Source: an uncultured Gemmatimonadales bacterium
GTDB taxonomy: Bacteria; Gemmatimonadota; Gemmatimonadetes; Longimicrobiales; Gaopeijiaceae
Direction of reading: 5' to 3'
NCBI GenBank assembly: GCA_963823035.1
Contig: CAWGKG010000010.1
Coordinates: 160,001-224,000 of the forward strand
Length of the DNA stretch: 64,000 bases
Below the pieces are notes generated by a model. It searched no databases, was not told the origin of the DNA, and was given only the letters and a program-made list of their open reading frames with translations. The first letter of the stretch is position 1, and every line of letters starts with the position of its first letter. This document shows, one piece after another, positions 28,956 through 41,504 of the stretch. The translations under genes were made by a program, and so were the position numbers.

Positions 28956-30125
28956 GCGAGACGTTCGACGTCGTGCTCGTGGGTGGCGGCATCATGGGGT
29001 GCGCCACGGCCTTCGAGCTGTCGCGGCGGGGCGTGAGCGTGGCCCTGGTCGAAAAGGGCGCTCTGGCCTCCGGCTCCACCGGGAGGTCCTCGGCGATCGT
29101 GCGCCAGCACTACTCCAACGAGGTCACGGCGCGTATGGCGCGGTGGGGCCTGGACGTCTTCCGCGAATTCGGGGAGCGCGTGGGTGGGGAGTCAGGCTTC
29201 GTGAACGCGGGCTTCCTGGTGCTCGTGCCCGCGGAGGACGGGGAGGGACTCCGGGAGAACGTGGCGCTCCAGCAGGCGGTGGGGATCGACACCCGTGTCG
29301 TCTCGCCCGAGGAGATCCGTGAGCTGCTCCCGGGCGCCGCCGCGTCCGACCTGGTGGCCGCCGCGTGGGAGCCCGGCGCCGGGTACGCCGACCCGCACAT
29401 GACCACCTCCGGATTCGCGGCGGCGGCCAAGCGCGAGGGCGCGCGCTTCTTCCTGAACCGGGAGGTGACCGGCATCCGGCTTCGCGGGCGGCCGTGTCGC
29501 CGGCGTGGACACGAGCGCCGGACCCATCGCCGCCGCCTCCGTGGTGAACTGCGCCGGACCGTGGGGCGCACGCGTGGCGGCCATGGCGGACCTGCAGGTG
29601 CCCGTGGCGTCGTGCCGCGCGCAGGTCGCGGTCTTTGGGCGGCCGGAGGCCGAGCGCGGCGCGCACCCGGTGGTGCTGGACTTCGCGCACGCCTCGTACT
29701 TCCGTCCGGAGACCGGCGACCTGATGCTCGTGGGCCTCATCGACCCGTCCGAGGCCGACGACGTGGTGGACCCCGACCGCTACCCGGAGCACACGGACGA
29801 CGCCTTCGATCTCGACGTGGGCTCTCGCTGGATCCAGCGCTGCCCGTCGATGGAGTCCGCGGTACGCCGCCGGGGCTACGCCGGTCTCTATGCCATCACG
29901 CCCGACTGGCACCCGGTGATCGACGAGGTGCCCGCGGGGAGCGGCCACTTCCTGTGCACCGGCTTCAGCGGCCACGGCTTCAAGCTCGGACCGGCGGTTG
30001 GTCGCCTGATGGCCGAGCTCGTCACGGGGGAGTCGCCCACTTTCGATCCACGCATGTTCCGCCTGGCGCGCTGGGCGGAGAACGACCCCGTGCGCGGCAA
30101 GTACGAGTACAGCATCACGGGGTGA
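28952..30125 (+). CDS. FAD-dependent amino-acid oxidase (DAO / sarcosine oxidase beta-like); frameshift near 29485
   Basis: VGGGIMG, GSTGRSSA, VVNCAGPW, ITPDWHP, GFSGHGFKLGP. Confidence 0.85.
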
Positions 30126-30956
30126 GGAGAGGGCGGAACCGAACGCCTCCCCGGCCCGGAGCGCCGTCATGGCGGTGCGTCGGGCTGGAGGGTGGCCAGG
30201 GCACGAACGCGCTGGTCGTGCGCATGTACGCGCGGTACTTGTCCCCGCGCGAGCGCAGCGCCTGCCGCTCGGTGTGCGGAATGCCCGTGCCCTTCAGGAG
30301 CAGCGCGAGCATCACCACGGGGCCGACGAAGGTGAGCGGCGCGGCGTGGGCGACGAGGACGTACGTCCACCAGTGGATCCACTCGAAGAAGTAGTTCGGG
30401 TGTCGCGACCACCCCCACAGCCCGTCGCGGCAGACCTCCCCGCGCGTGCCCGGGCGAGCGCGGAAGGCCGCGAGCTGGCGGTCCGCGACGGTCTCCCCGG
30501 CGACGGCGACGATCCAGACGAGCGTACCCGCCACCGCCCACCCGTCCAGCGCCCCACCCCGCATCGCGGCGAGCAGCGGGAGCGAGAACAGCGTGGCGAC
30601 GACGGCCTGCGCGACGTAGACGCCCAGGAACCGGACCGGCGCTCGGGCGCCCCACTCGGCGCGGAGCGCGCGGTAGCGTCCGTCCTCGACCTGGCTCGAC
30701 GCGCACCCGCGTGGCGTAGAGGTACCCGCCGAGCCGTGCGCTCCACAGCACGCCCAGCGACCCGACCAGCGCCCGGCGGGCCGGATCGCCGTCCGAGAGG
30801 ATCGCATACAGGAGGGACATGCCCGTGAGGGAGAACGACCAGGCGACGTCCACGCTGGTCGCGTCGCGCGTGCGCAGCTGGCGGGCCCACAGGGCCAGCA
30901 GAACGACGAGGGATGCGACGAAGGCGCCGAGGACGATCGGGATCGGCGGGACTCAC
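30115..30956 (-). CDS. DUF1295 (steroid 5-alpha-reductase-like) membrane protein; frameshifts near 30940 and 30690; 3' end uncertain
   Basis: VDVAWS, EDGRY, ADRQL..F, GLWGWSRHPNYFFE, Y..Y...TSAFVPW; AGGAGG before GTG 30956. Confidence 0.78.
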
Positions 30957-31123
30957 GTGAACGCTCCTCCTGGACTCCGTCGGCGTAGTCATGGAAGGAG
31001 TAGCGCTGTCGCGGTGTCGATGCGCGGCGGGATACGCGATCGTCACGCCCACCCGATTGCCAGGCACGCCGCGGATGCCGACTGTTCCACCATCCGAAAC
31101 GTCCGCCCGACCCTGAGACCAAC

Positions 31124-33628
31124 ATGCGGCTCCGCTTCCTCCTCCTCGATCGCCCTCGGCCTCCTTCCCTCCGCCTGCACCCGGCTGGGCATCTCCTCCG
31201 GGACGAGCCCGGAGCCGGCTGAAGAGCCCTTCCTTCCCGTCATCGGCCGCCTTCCCACGGGCAGGGTCCTCGACCCGGCGGGTACGTCGGTTCCGGTGGG
31301 ATCGCTCCCGCTCGCGATGGAGATCGCCCCCGACGGCCGCCACGTAGTCCTCCTCCTGAACGGGTGGAGGGAGCAGGGCGTCCAGGTCGTCGACCGCTTC
31401 ACCGGTGAGGTGACGCAGACGCTCCTGCAGGATGCCGCCTTCCTGGGGCTCGCCTTCAGCGCGCGACGGACGGACGCTCTACGCCTCCGGGGGCAACCAG
31501 GACGTGGTCTATCGCTACGACTGGCAGGAGGGCGCGGCCTCGCTGCGCGACTCGGTGGTGCTCGCTCGCAAGCGGCCGAACCGGTCGGGCACCCGCTATC
31601 CCGCGCAGCTGGGCATCTCCCCGAACGGTCGCTTCCTGTACGTGGCCGAGAACCTCGCGGACTCCCTCGCGGTGGTCGACCTGAGGACCCGCCGCGTCCT
31701 CGCGCGCTATCCCACCGAGCGCTACCCCTACGGTGTGGCCGTGTCGCCCGACAACACGGTCTACGTCTCGGCGTGGGGCGACGACGTCGTGACCGCCTTC
31801 GGCTTCCGCGACGACGGCGAGCCGACATCGATGACGAAGATCGAGCTCGCCCGCCATCCGTCGGCGCTCCTCCTCAACGCGGACGGATCACGACTCTTCG
31901 TGGCGTCGGGGAGCACGGACCGGGTGGTCGTGATGGACACCCGCTCCACGGCCGTGGTCTCCACCCTCCACGACCCGGCACCCGAGGGGCCGGCCGAGGG
32001 GAGCACGCCCAACGCGATGGCGCTGTCGGCGGACGGGCGCCGCCTCTTCGTGGCGGAGGCGGACAACAACGCGGTCGCCGTCTTCGACCTGTCTCCCGCC
32101 ACCGGTGGATACATCGCGCCCCAGGGCGTGGCGATCCAGGACAGGCTCGTCGGGCGCATCCCCGTGGCGTGGTATCCGACCGCGCTCCAGGTTCGAGGCG
32201 ACACGATCCTGGTCGCCAACGGCAAGGGGAAGGGTACGGCCCCCAACCCGGCGTTTCCACAGCCCCCGCTGCGTCGTGCGGAGGGTGAGCCGAGCTACAC
32301 CATGGGGCAGCTCAGCGGCACGCTGAGCACCCTCCCTCTGGCGCGCGCGCGAGAGACCGATCTGGTGCCGTTGAGCGCCCGCGTGGCGCGCGCGAACGGG
32401 TGGGAGGGCCGTGCCCGCCGCGGCCCGGAATATCCCCCCATCGAGCACGTGATCTACGTCATCAAGGAGAACCGCACGTACGACCAGATGCTCGGCGACA
32501 TCCCCGCGGGTGACGGCGATACCGCGCTGGTGTTCTTCCCGCGCTCCGTGAGCCCGAACCACCACGCCCTGGCCGAGCGCTTCGGGCTGTACGACCGCTT
32601 CTTCGTGAACGCCGAGGCCAGCCCGGACGGCCACAACTGGTCGATGGCGGCCTACACCACGGACTACCTCCAGAAGACGGTCCCGTCGAACTACTCGAGC
32701 CGCGGGCGCACGTACGACTGGGAGGGGACGAACCGTGGGCGGATCCCGTGGGAGGACGGCGACGACGACGCCAACGAGCCGGCCATGGGCTACCTCTGGG
32801 ACCTGGCCGAGGACGCGGGCATCACCTTCCGCAACTACGGCGAGTTCGTGGTGCCGGACAACGTCGACCCCGACGGCGACATGCCCAGGGGCTACAAGGG
32901 CAACAAGCCCTTCCTGGCGGAGCACACGAGCCGGGAGTATCCGGGGTTCAACATGGACATCCCCGACCAGCGTCGCGCCGACGTCTGGATCGGAGAGCTG
33001 CAGGGCTTCGTGGAGGCGGGCGCCATGCCGGCCTTCCAGATCCTGCGGCTCCCGAACGACCATACCGCCGGCGGAACCGCGGGCGCGCGCACGCCGCGGG
33101 CCAACGTGGCCGACAACGACCTGGCGCTGGGGAGGATCGTCCAGGCTCTGTCCAACACGCCGTTCTGGCAGAACACCGCGGTGTTCGTGCTCGAGGACGA
33201 CGCGCAGAACGGTCCCGACCACGTGGACTCGCACCGCTCCGTCCTCCTGGTGATCTCGCCGTGGAGCCAGCGGGGCGTGCACCACCGGTGGACGAACACG
33301 ACGGACGTGGTGGCGACGATGACGGAGATCCTCGGACTCGGCTCCCTCTCGCAGTTCGACTTCTACGGCCGACCACTACGGGGAGTCTGGGCGGACGCGC
33401 CGGACCTCACGCCCTACGAGGCGCTCGACGCCGGAGCAGTCGCTGGACGAGCGCAACCCGGAGGGTGGGCCGGACGCGGAGGCGTCGGAGGCGCTGGACC
33501 TGCGCTTCGAGGACTCGGGGCAGGACGACCTCTTCAACCGGATCCTCTGGCGCATCGTCAAAGGCGACGACGTTCCCTATCCGGGGCCGAGCAGGATGTC
33601 CGCGCTGGAGTGGAAGCGGGGCCGCTGA
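31124..33628 (+). CDS. YncE/YVTN beta-propeller plus phosphoesterase (alkaline phosphatase superfamily) fusion lipoprotein; frameshifts near 31148, 31460 and 33430
   Basis: RLPTGR.LDPAG, propeller repeats, YVIKENRTYD, LPNDHT, EDDAQNGPDHVDSHRS. Confidence 0.82.
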
Positions 33629-33642
33629 AGAAGGGCGCGAGG

Positions 33643-33670
33643 GGCCCGGTCGGAGGCTTCCGGCCGGGTC
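33643..33670. terminator. Hairpin between convergent genes
   Basis: GGCCCGGTCGGA-GGCT-TCCGGCCGGGTC. Confidence 0.45.
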
Positions 33671-34766
33671 ACGCGCCCTTGTCGAGGGCTCTTCCGAGCG
33701 CTTCGAGGCCCTCTTCCAGCACGCTGCGCTGGCCGGCCATCGCGAGGCGGAAGTGCCGTGGGGCGCCGAAGAAGCGACCGGGCACGACGCCTACGCCGAA
33801 CTCCTGACGCGCCATCTCGACGAAGGGCTCCGCATCCCTGGCGGCGATGAGACGCGGGAAGGCCACGCAGCTGCCCACGGCCGGCGCGACCCACTCCAGC
33901 TCGGAGCGGCTCTCGACGAAGCGCTTCACGATGCCCCAGTGCGGTTCGAGGATCCCGCGCGCCCGGTCGAGCAGCTTGTCGATGTGCTCGAACGCGAGCG
34001 TGCCGAGTCGCTCGGAGGGCGCCGAGCCGCTGCCGTCGACCACGTCCCGCACCCGCCGGATGCGCTGGATGGTCGCCGGGTCCGCAAGGACCCACCCCAG
34101 CCGGAGGCCGGCCAGGCCGAACGACTTCGTGAGGCTGTTGATCGAGACGAAGGCGCCGCTGCGCATCGCGGCCGGCACCGAGTCCAGGCCGCACACGGCC
34201 TCCAGGTAGACCTCGTCCACCATCACCTTGGCCCCGATCGCGTTGGCCATGTCCGCCACGGACATCAGCGTCCACGCGTCCGTGTACACCCCGGTCGGGT
34301 TGTGCAGGTTGGTGAGGAGGATGACCCGCGTGGTCGGCGTCAGCTCCCGCGCGATGCGGTCGGGGTCGACCTTGAAGCCGTCGTGCCAGGAGCGGTCGAA
34401 CGTCCGCACGTTGGCGCCCAGGAAGCGCGCGGCACCGGCGATCGGGTCGTAGCCGGGCCACTCCGTGAGGATGGTGTCACCCGGGCGGATGAGCGCGCCG
34501 AGCGTGAGGAAGTTGGCACCGGCGGCACCCGTGGCCGTCGCGACGCGCTCGACGCCCACCCCGTAGCGGCGCGCGATCGCCTCCACGAGGGGTGGCCACC
34601 CCTCGTCCGTGTTGGCGGACAGGGCGAACGCCTCGCGCGCGCCATCGAGCTCGTCCAGCGTGCAGTGCAGCAGGTTGCTGCCACGCAGGTCGAGCCTGGC
34701 GGGCGGGTGGTGCTTCGCCCACGTCATGTAGGGTGCCCAGCTGTCGGGCCAGTTTTTCGGGCTCAT
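33669..34766 (-). CDS. PLP-dependent aminotransferase class I/II
   Basis: LTNLHNPTG, VDEVY, SLTKSFGL.GLRLGW, PGRFF. Confidence 0.88.
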   Translation of the reverse strand: MSPKNWPDSWAPYMTWAKHHPPARLDLRGSNLLHCTLDELDGAREAFALSANTDEGWPPLVEAIARRYGVGVERVATATGAAGANFLTLGALIRPGDTILTEWPGYDPIAGAARFLGANVRTFDRSWHDGFKVDPDRIARELTPTTRVILLTNLHNPTGVYTDAWTLMSVADMANAIGAKVMVDEVYLEAVCGLDSVPAAMRSGAFVSINSLTKSFGLAGLRLGWVLADPATIQRIRRVRDVVDGSGSAPSERLGTLAFEHIDKLLDRARGILEPHWGIVKRFVESRSELEWVAPAVGSCVAFPRLIAARDAEPFVEMARQEFGVGVVPGRFFGAPRHFRLAMAGQRSVLEEGLEALGRALDKGA

Positions 34767-34895
34767 GGTCGTCCGGGTCAGTATCATCCATCGTAGCGAA
34801 CCAGACGCCGCCGCGCATCGTTGACAGGCGGGTTTTCCACGGGGTGCGCCGCGGCCTATCTTGGCCCGCCATCTGACCAGCCTGGAGGAAGACCC

Positions 34896-36335
34896 ATGAG
34901 GATGCGCTCGTTGATGCTCTTCGCGCCCGCGTTGGTCGCGGCCGGCACGTTTCTGCCGCCGGCTCGCGCCTTCGCCCAGACCCTGCCGCCCGAGGAGTAC
35001 CGCGAGCTGTCGAAGTCGATCTTCTCCGAGCTGATCCGGATCAACACGACCAACTCGGTGGGCGACAATACGGCCGCCGCGCGCGCGATGGCCAAGCGCC
35101 TCCTCGACGCGGGCTTCCCCGAGGAGGACGTGCACGTCGTGGTGCCCGACGATTCGCCGAAGAAGGGCAACCTGGTCGTGCGCTACCACGGCCGCGACAC
35201 GGGCAAGAAGGCCGTGCTGCTCCTGGCGCACATCGACGTGGTGGAGGCGAACCCCGCCGACTGGAGCGAGGACATCGCGCCCTTCGACTTCATGGAGCGC
35301 GACGGCTACTGGTACGGGCGCGGCACGACGGACGACAAGGACGAGGCGTCGATCAACGTCGCCAACCTGATCCGGATGAAGCGCGAGGGCTTCGTGCCCG
35401 ACCGCGACATCATCGTCGCGCTCACCGCGGACGAGGAGGGCGGCCCACGCGACGGGGTGGCCTTCCTCCTCGAGGAGCACCGCGACCTCATCGGCGACGC
35501 CGCCTTCGCGCTCAACGAGGGCGGTGGCGGGATGGAGAAGGACGGGCGGAAGATCTCGAACAACGTGCAGGCGAGCGAGAAGAAGTTCCTCTCCTTCACG
35601 TTCGAGGCGACGAACCCCGGCGGCCACTCCTCGCTGCCGCGGAAGAAGAACGCGATCTACGACCTGTCGCAGGCGCTGCTCGCGGTGCAGGGGTACGACT
35701 TCCCGGTCATGCTCAACGAGGTGACCGAGGCGTTCTTCTCCCGCTCTGCCGACCTGGTGGGCGGGGAGATGGGACAGGCGATGGGCCGCATCGTCGCGAA
35801 CCCGGCCGACGCGGACGCGGCACGCACGCTGTCCGTGGAGCCGAACTACAACTCCCGGCTGCGCACGACCTGCGTGGCCACGATGCTCGAGGGCGGGCAC
35901 GCGCAGAACGCGCTGCCGCAGATGGCGCGCGCCACCGTGAACTGCCGGATCCTCCCCGACCACGATCCGGAGGCGGTGGGGCGGACACTTCGGGAGCTGG
36001 CCGCCCCCTACGACGTGACGGTCACGCCGACGTCGACGGCCACGCCTTCGCCGCCCTCGCCGCTCACGGACGAGGTGCTCGGGCCGATCGAGCGGATCAC
36101 CCAGGACATGTGGCCGGGCGTGAAGGTGCTTCCGGTCATGAGCACGGGCGCCACCGACGGGCTCTACCTGCGACGCGAGGGCATCCCCGTGTACGGCGTA
36201 AGCGGGCTCTTCGGCGACATGGACGACGTGCGCGCCCATGGCCAGGACGAGCGCATCCTCATCCGGAACTACTACGAGGGGCAGGAGTTCCTGTACCGGC
36301 TGGTGAAGGCGCTGGCGGGGGGCGGGATCGCCTGA
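34896..36335 (+). CDS. Exported M20/M25/M40 metallopeptidase
   Basis: Signal peptide; LLAHIDVV, GRGTTDDK, ADEE, NEGG, GGHSS, GATD, AHGQDE; RBS GGAGG. Confidence 0.9.
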   Translation: MRMRSLMLFAPALVAAGTFLPPARAFAQTLPPEEYRELSKSIFSELIRINTTNSVGDNTAAARAMAKRLLDAGFPEEDVHVVVPDDSPKKGNLVVRYHGRDTGKKAVLLLAHIDVVEANPADWSEDIAPFDFMERDGYWYGRGTTDDKDEASINVANLIRMKREGFVPDRDIIVALTADEEGGPRDGVAFLLEEHRDLIGDAAFALNEGGGGMEKDGRKISNNVQASEKKFLSFTFEATNPGGHSSLPRKKNAIYDLSQALLAVQGYDFPVMLNEVTEAFFSRSADLVGGEMGQAMGRIVANPADADAARTLSVEPNYNSRLRTTCVATMLEGGHAQNALPQMARATVNCRILPDHDPEAVGRTLRELAAPYDVTVTPTSTATPSPPSPLTDEVLGPIERITQDMWPGVKVLPVMSTGATDGLYLRREGIPVYGVSGLFGDMDDVRAHGQDERILIRNYYEGQEFLYRLVKALAGGGIA

Positions 36336-39002
36336 CTACTGGGCCCTCATCGCCACCACGGGGTCCACGCGCGTGGCGCGCCACGCGGGCACCAGGCTCG
36401 CCAGGAGGCCCACGCCCAGGAGCACGGCGCTCACCACGGCCAGCACCTCCGGATCGCGGGGGTCGACCCCGTAGAGCTGCGTGCCCATCAGCCCCGACAG
36501 CGCCAGCGATCCCACCAGGCCGAGAACCAGGCCTACGGCCACGAGGCGCGCGCCGTCCTTGAGGATCATCGCGCGCACGTCCGCCCGGTCGGCGCCGAGC
36601 GCCATCCGGATGCCGACCTCGTTGGAGCGCTGCGCGACGGCGTACGCGAGCACGCCGTAGACGCCCACGGCGGCCAGCGTGAGCGCCACGAGCCCGAAGA
36701 GCGTGAAGAGCAAGGTGCTGAAGCGGTCCCGCGAGCGGGCCGCCGCCACCACGTCGTCCATGGACTGCACCCGGGTCAGGGCGACCCGCCCGCTCAGCGC
36801 CGACAGCTCCCTCCGGACCGCGGGGAGGAGCGTCGCGGGCGGCACGGTGGCGCGCACCACCAGCGTCCTCCTGCGCAGCGACGACTGGAGGCCGCTGAAG
36901 TAGATGGCGGGCTGGGCGGCGTCGCGGAGGCCGGCGTATCGCAGGTCCTTCACCACGCCCACGATCTCGCAGCTGTCGACGTCGACGGCGCCCAGCGGTC
37001 CGAAGCGGTAGCTGGTCCCCCGGACGGTGGTGCCCAGGGGGGAGCCGTCGGGGAAGAAGCGACGCACGAAGGCCTCGTTCACCACCGCCACGCCGGCGCT
37101 TCCCAGCGCGTCGCGCTCGTCGAACAGCCGGCCCTCCACCACCGGCGTGCGCAGCGCCTCGAAGAAGCCGGGCGCCACGGGCCGCAGGTAGGCGCGGTTC
37201 TCCTGGTCCGACGGGAGCTCCACGTCCATGCGGAAGGGTTGGCGGTAGTCGTAGTCGGTCTCCAGGGGGAGGGACGCGGCGTCCCCCACCACCTCGACGC
37301 CGGAGAGGCGCGCGAGCCGGTCGCGGAACTGCGCGTAGAACTCGATGACCGCCGTGTCGTTCGGCGCTACGGCGGGCGGGACGTCGAGCTCCATCGTGAG
37401 GATGCCCGACGAGGAGAAGCCGGTGTCCACGGCGCGCAGGTTGTCGAAGCTGCGCACCAGCAGCCCCGCGCCCGTCACCACCATGACGGCCAGCGCGAGC
37501 TGGCTCACCACGAAGACGTTCTGCACGCGGTGGCGCGACGCGCTCCCGGTGGTGCGTCCCCCGTCGCGCACCGCGCCCTGGACGTCGCGGCCCAGCAGGC
37601 GTGCCACGGGTGCCAGCCCGAAGAGGACGCCGGTGATCACGCTCACCCCCACCACCACCGCGAGGACGGTCCCGTCGAGGCCGATCCGCTCCTCGTACGG
37701 GAGGGAGACGGGGGCGACCGCCAGGAGGCCGCGCAGCCCCACCCATCCGAGGCCGAGCCCGACCAGGGCCCCGGCGCCGGAGAGGAGGAGGCTCTCGACC
37801 AGGAGCTGGCGCACCAGCCGCCAGCGCCCGGCTCCGAACGCGGCCCGCACGGCGATCTCCCGGGCGCGGACCTCCGAGCGGGAGAGGAGCAGGTTCGCCA
37901 CGTTGGCGCACGCGATGAGGAGCACCAGCCCGGTGGCGGCGAGGAGGATCCAGAGGGCGGACCCGGTGTCGCCCACGAGCTCGTCGTGGAGGAACTCGGC
38001 GCGGATGCTCCACCCCTGGTTGGAGCGGGGGTTCTCCTCGGCCAGGCGCGCCCCCAGCGACGCCAGGTCGCCGCGCGCGGCCTCCATCCCGTCGGCGCTC
38101 TTCAGGCGGCCGATGGCGCTCATCCACCGGGCGAAGCGGCTCTGGATCTGCATGGGCCAGGTCATGTTGATCCAGAGGTCGGCGTCGAGCGGGAAGGTCT
38201 GGTCCCCCCTCAGGACTCCGATCACCTCCATGGGGGCCCCGTCCAGCGTGATCGCGCTCCCCACCACGGACGGATCTCCGCCGAAGCGGCGCTGCCAGAA
38301 GCCGTAGCTCACGATCGCCACGGCGTGGGAGCCGGGTCCGTCCTCGGGGGTGAAGGTCCGGCCCATCACCGGTGAGGCGCCGAGCACGTCGAAGAAGTCT
38401 TCGGTCGTGTACACGACCTGAACCCGCGTGGGATTGCCGTCGTCCTCGGTGACGGTGCCCGCGGTCGGCCAGTACGCCGCCATGGCGGCGAAGGTGTGGT
38501 TCTGGTGCCGCCAGTCGTCGAAGTCCATCGGGGAGCTCATCCCCTTGAGCTGCCCCTCGGCCTCGTTCTCCGAGTAGAGCGCCACCAGCTCGCCCGGGTT
38601 CCGGAAGGGCAGGGGGTCGAGCAGCACCGACTCGACCACCGTGTAGATCGCCGTGTTCGCGCCGATCCCGAGCGCGAGCGTCACCACCGCCACGAGCGTG
38701 AACACCGGGTTCTTCGCCAGCATCCTGAGGCCGTACTTCACGTCCTGCATCCCGTCCTCCACGATTCGGGTCCCCCGGGCGTCCCGGGCCTGGTCTTTGA
38801 ACCGCTCCACCCCTCCGAAGCGAACGAGCGCCAGGCGCCGCGCTTCGTCCGGGTGGACCCCCTCCCGTTCGAGTCGCTTCGCCTCCATCTCGAGATGGAA
38901 GCGCATCTCCTCGTCCAGCTCACGGTCGACTGCGTCGCCGCGCACCATCCCGCGAAGGCGCAGCCGGACCGCGCGCAGCACGTCACCGAGGATCTCCAAC
39001 AC
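36336..39002 (-). CDS. MacB-like duplicated orphan ABC permease (ADOP type)
   Basis: [11 protein letters not shown] prefix, [50 protein letters not shown]; intact frame. Confidence 0.9.
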   Translation of the reverse strand: MLEILGDVLRAVRLRLRGMVRGDAVDRELDEEMRFHLEMEAKRLEREGVHPDEARRLALVRFGGVERFKDQARDARGTRIVEDGMQDVKYGLRMLAKNPVFTLVAVVTLALGIGANTAIYTVVESVLLDPLPFRNPGELVALYSENEAEGQLKGMSSPMDFDDWRHQNHTFAAMAAYWPTAGTVTEDDGNPTRVQVVYTTEDFFDVLGASPVMGRTFTPEDGPGSHAVAIVSYGFWQRRFGGDPSVVGSAITLDGAPMEVIGVLRGDQTFPLDADLWINMTWPMQIQSRFARWMSAIGRLKSADGMEAARGDLASLGARLAEENPRSNQGWSIRAEFLHDELVGDTGSALWILLAATGLVLLIACANVANLLLSRSEVRAREIAVRAAFGAGRWRLVRQLLVESLLLSGAGALVGLGLGWVGLRGLLAVAPVSLPYEERIGLDGTVLAVVVGVSVITGVLFGLAPVARLLGRDVQGAVRDGGRTTGSASRHRVQNVFVVSQLALAVMVVTGAGLLVRSFDNLRAVDTGFSSSGILTMELDVPPAVAPNDTAVIEFYAQFRDRLARLSGVEVVGDAASLPLETDYDYRQPFRMDVELPSDQENRAYLRPVAPGFFEALRTPVVEGRLFDERDALGSAGVAVVNEAFVRRFFPDGSPLGTTVRGTSYRFGPLGAVDVDSCEIVGVVKDLRYAGLRDAAQPAIYFSGLQSSLRRRTLVVRATVPPATLLPAVRRELSALSGRVALTRVQSMDDVVAAARSRDRFSTLLFTLFGLVALTLAAVGVYGVLAYAVAQRSNEVGIRMALGADRADVRAMILKDGARLVAVGLVLGLVGSLALSGLMGTQLYGVDPRDPEVLAVVSAVLLGVGLLASLVPAWRATRVDPVVAMRAQ

Positions 39003-39016
39003 CGCCCTTCCCTCGG

Positions 39017-39352
39017 TCAGGTCGCGTGCAGGATGCCGTGGACCGCGCCCGCGAAGAGCTCCCATTGCTCCCGCTCGCTGGCCAGGTGCGTCCGGCCGAG
39101 CGCGGTCAGGCGATAGAACTTCGCCCGCCGGTTGTTCTCGGACGTGCCCCACTCCGAACGGATCCACCCCTTGTGCTCCAGCCGGTGGAGGGCGGGGTAG
39201 AGGGAGCCCTGGTTGACCTGGAGCACCTCCGCGGAGAGCTGCTGGATGCGCAACGCCACGCCCCATCCGTGGATGGGCTCGCCCAACGCCAGCGTCTTCA
39301 GGATGAGCATCTCCAGCGTGCCCTGGAGTAGGTCGGCGCGCGTCTGGGTCAT
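39017..39352 (-). CDS. PadR-family transcriptional regulator (acidobacterial type)
   Basis: [40 protein letters not shown]. Confidence 0.93.
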   Translation of the reverse strand: MTQTRADLLQGTLEMLILKTLALGEPIHGWGVALRIQQLSAEVLQVNQGSLYPALHRLEHKGWIRSEWGTSENNRRAKFYRLTALGRTHLASEREQWELFAGAVHGILHAT

Positions 39353-39364
39353 CCCCGGTAGGCT

Positions 39365-39419
39365 CCTCTCCTAGATCTGTCGACAAGAGCGGACTGCTTT
39401 GTAGACGCTCTAGGAGAGG
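39365..39419. promoter_or_regulatory. Inverted repeat upstream of padR, candidate operator
   Basis: CCTCTCCTAGA (39365-39375) and TCTAGGAGAGG (39409-39419). Confidence 0.5.
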
Positions 39420-39460
39420 GAAAGGTTGCAGCGCGGCCTTCGAGGGGGGGGACGCGTTCG

Positions 39461-39997
39461 CTACTTCTTCCGCGTCGGGAACATCCATCCGCGCCGGACG
39501 GCGCGCGGCTCCTCGACGATCACGAAGGCTTCCGGCGCCTGCTCGTCCACGGCGCCCAGGTACGCGGCGACGCGCCGTCGCGGGATGGCGGAGTACAGGT
39601 GGAAGACGTTTCCGTGCCTTCCCCGGGCGTCCATCTCCGTGACCGCGAACCCGAGGTCGCGCAGCCCCGAGGCCAGCTCGTCGCCGCCCGCCTGCACGAT
39701 CGTCTGCACCGTGGCGAGGCCGATCGCCAGCCGCTCCTCGATCATGAGGCCCACGAGGTTGCCCGTGGCGAACCCGCCCGCGTATCCGAGCAGGTGCAAC
39801 GGGCTGGTGAGGTGCTGCACCACGGCGCCCACGGCGAGGACCCAGATCAGTACCTCGAAGAACCCGATGATCGGCACCAGCAGCTTGTTGTTGCGCACGA
39901 TGAGCACGACCCGCACGGTGCCCATCGACACGTCGGTGATGCGCAGGAAGAAGATGAACAGCGGACCGTAGGGGCTCGCGAGGAGATCGTGGATCAT
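39461..39997 (-). CDS. DUF2179/DUF5698 membrane protein
   Basis: [33 protein letters not shown]. Confidence 0.82.
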   Translation of the reverse strand: MIHDLLASPYGPLFIFFLRITDVSMGTVRVVLIVRNNKLLVPIIGFFEVLIWVLAVGAVVQHLTSPLHLLGYAGGFATGNLVGLMIEERLAIGLATVQTIVQAGGDELASGLRDLGFAVTEMDARGRHGNVFHLYSAIPRRRVAAYLGAVDEQAPEAFVIVEEPRAVRRGWMFPTRKK

Positions 39998-40135
39998 GGC
40001 GTCGCCGGGTGGTGCGGGGGTACGCGGGGCCGAACCCGTATGCAAGCGCAAGCGCCCTCGCGCCGCCAGGGGGTGGGCGGCCGTCGCGAGCCTGCCGCCG
40101 CGGGCCGTATCTTTCGGCAACCCCGGAGGCCGGAC

Positions 40136-41044
40136 ATGTGCCGCTTCACGATGTACCTCGGACCGCCCGTCCAACTGTCGACGCTCCTCACCGAGCCGTC
40201 GCACTCGTTGATCCAGCAGAGCTTCCACTCCGAGGAGCGCTCCGAGCCGCTGAACGGGGACGGATTCGGGATCGGATGGTACGCGCCGCGCCTCACCAGC
40301 GAGCCGGCCGTGTTCCACCAGATCACGCCGGCGTGGAACAATCGCAACCTCTACAGCATGGCGAAGGTGCTCACCAGCCCGTGCGTGATGGCGCACATCC
40401 GGGCGGCATCCCCGGGTAGCGAGGTCAACCTCGCCAACTGCCATCCGTTCGCGTACGGCAGCTACCTGCTGATGCACAACGGGCGGATCGGCTCCTTCAG
40501 GAAGATCCGGCGCAGGCTGCTCGAGGGGCTCACCGACGAGGCCTTCGACGTGGTGAGGGGGAGCACGGACACCGAGCACCTCTTCGCCGTCTTCGTGGAC
40601 GAGTTGATCCGCCAGGGCTGTCCGGTGGACCCGGGCGGGGCGGCTTCCTCCCACGGGGCCGGCGCGCGCGAGCTGGCCGAGCGCCTGGCCTCGGCGATGC
40701 GGCGCGTGCTCACGCTGGCACGCGCAGAGGGGGATGGGACGTCGAGCTTCCTGAACGTGGCGGTGTCGGACGGCCGACACGCGGCCGTCTCGCGCTACAC
40801 GGACGACCCCGTCGAGGGCGCCGAGACGCTCTACTACCTGCACGGGGAGATGTACGAGCCCGCGGGGCGCCGCTTCACGCACCGCCGGGCCGACGACGAG
40901 GGCGAGGCCGTGGTGGTCTCCTCGGAGCGCCTCACGGACGATCCGCGTTGGCAGGCGGTGCCGCCGGGGACCGTGCTGGCTCTCGATCGCTTCGAGCCTC
41001 CGCGGATGCTCGAGCTCGGTGAGGAGCTGGCGCTGGCGGGGTAG
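40136..41044 (+). CDS. Class II (Ntn) glutamine amidotransferase, EgtC/DUG3-like
   Basis: N-terminal [46 protein letters not shown]. Confidence 0.85.
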   Translation: MCRFTMYLGPPVQLSTLLTEPSHSLIQQSFHSEERSEPLNGDGFGIGWYAPRLTSEPAVFHQITPAWNNRNLYSMAKVLTSPCVMAHIRAASPGSEVNLANCHPFAYGSYLLMHNGRIGSFRKIRRRLLEGLTDEAFDVVRGSTDTEHLFAVFVDELIRQGCPVDPGGAASSHGAGARELAERLASAMRRVLTLARAEGDGTSSFLNVAVSDGRHAAVSRYTDDPVEGAETLYYLHGEMYEPAGRRFTHRRADDEGEAVVVSSERLTDDPRWQAVPPGTVLALDRFEPPRMLELGEELALAG

Positions 41045-41047
41045 GGC

Positions 41048-41067
41048 GCCCGCGGGACACCGCGGGC
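41048..41067 (+). terminator. Short hairpin after stop
   Basis: GCCCGCGG-GACA-CCGCGGGC. Confidence 0.35.
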
Positions 41068-41146
41068 GTCAGGGTGCTTGTCCTATCCTCGACATCGTGG
41101 TACATATCTGGGTCACCTTTCACCCACGACGTCGTACATATCGGCC

Positions 41147-41492
41147 ATGAGCAAGACCCTCGGTGAGTTCGAGCAGCTCGTCCTCTTCGCGCTGGTCTCC
41201 CTGGAGGACGACGCGTACGGCGCCTCGATCCGCCGCGAGATCGAGCGGCGCACGGGGCGGGACGTCTCGGCGGGCGCGGTCTACACGGTGCTCGAACGGC
41301 TGGAGTCGCACGGGCTCGTGGCCTCCTGGATCGGTGCCCCGACGGCCGAGCGTGGCGGACGCCGTCGCAAGCACTACAGGCTGGAGCGCGAGGGCGCGCG
41401 CCTCCTCCGGGAAGCCCACGACCAGATGCAGCGGATGGCGGATGGCCTGACCGGGCGTCTGGTTCGGCTGGCCGGTGGGGCAAGAGGACTGA
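41147..41492 (+). CDS. PadR-family regulator (second subtype); stop apparently displaced by a 1-nt indel
   Basis: LGEFEQLVLFAL, YG..I.REIE..TGR.VS.GAVYTVLERLE, RGGRRRK.Y; TGA at 41490 in adjacent frame. Confidence 0.85.
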
Positions 41493-41504
41493 TCGGTCCC
41501 GCCC

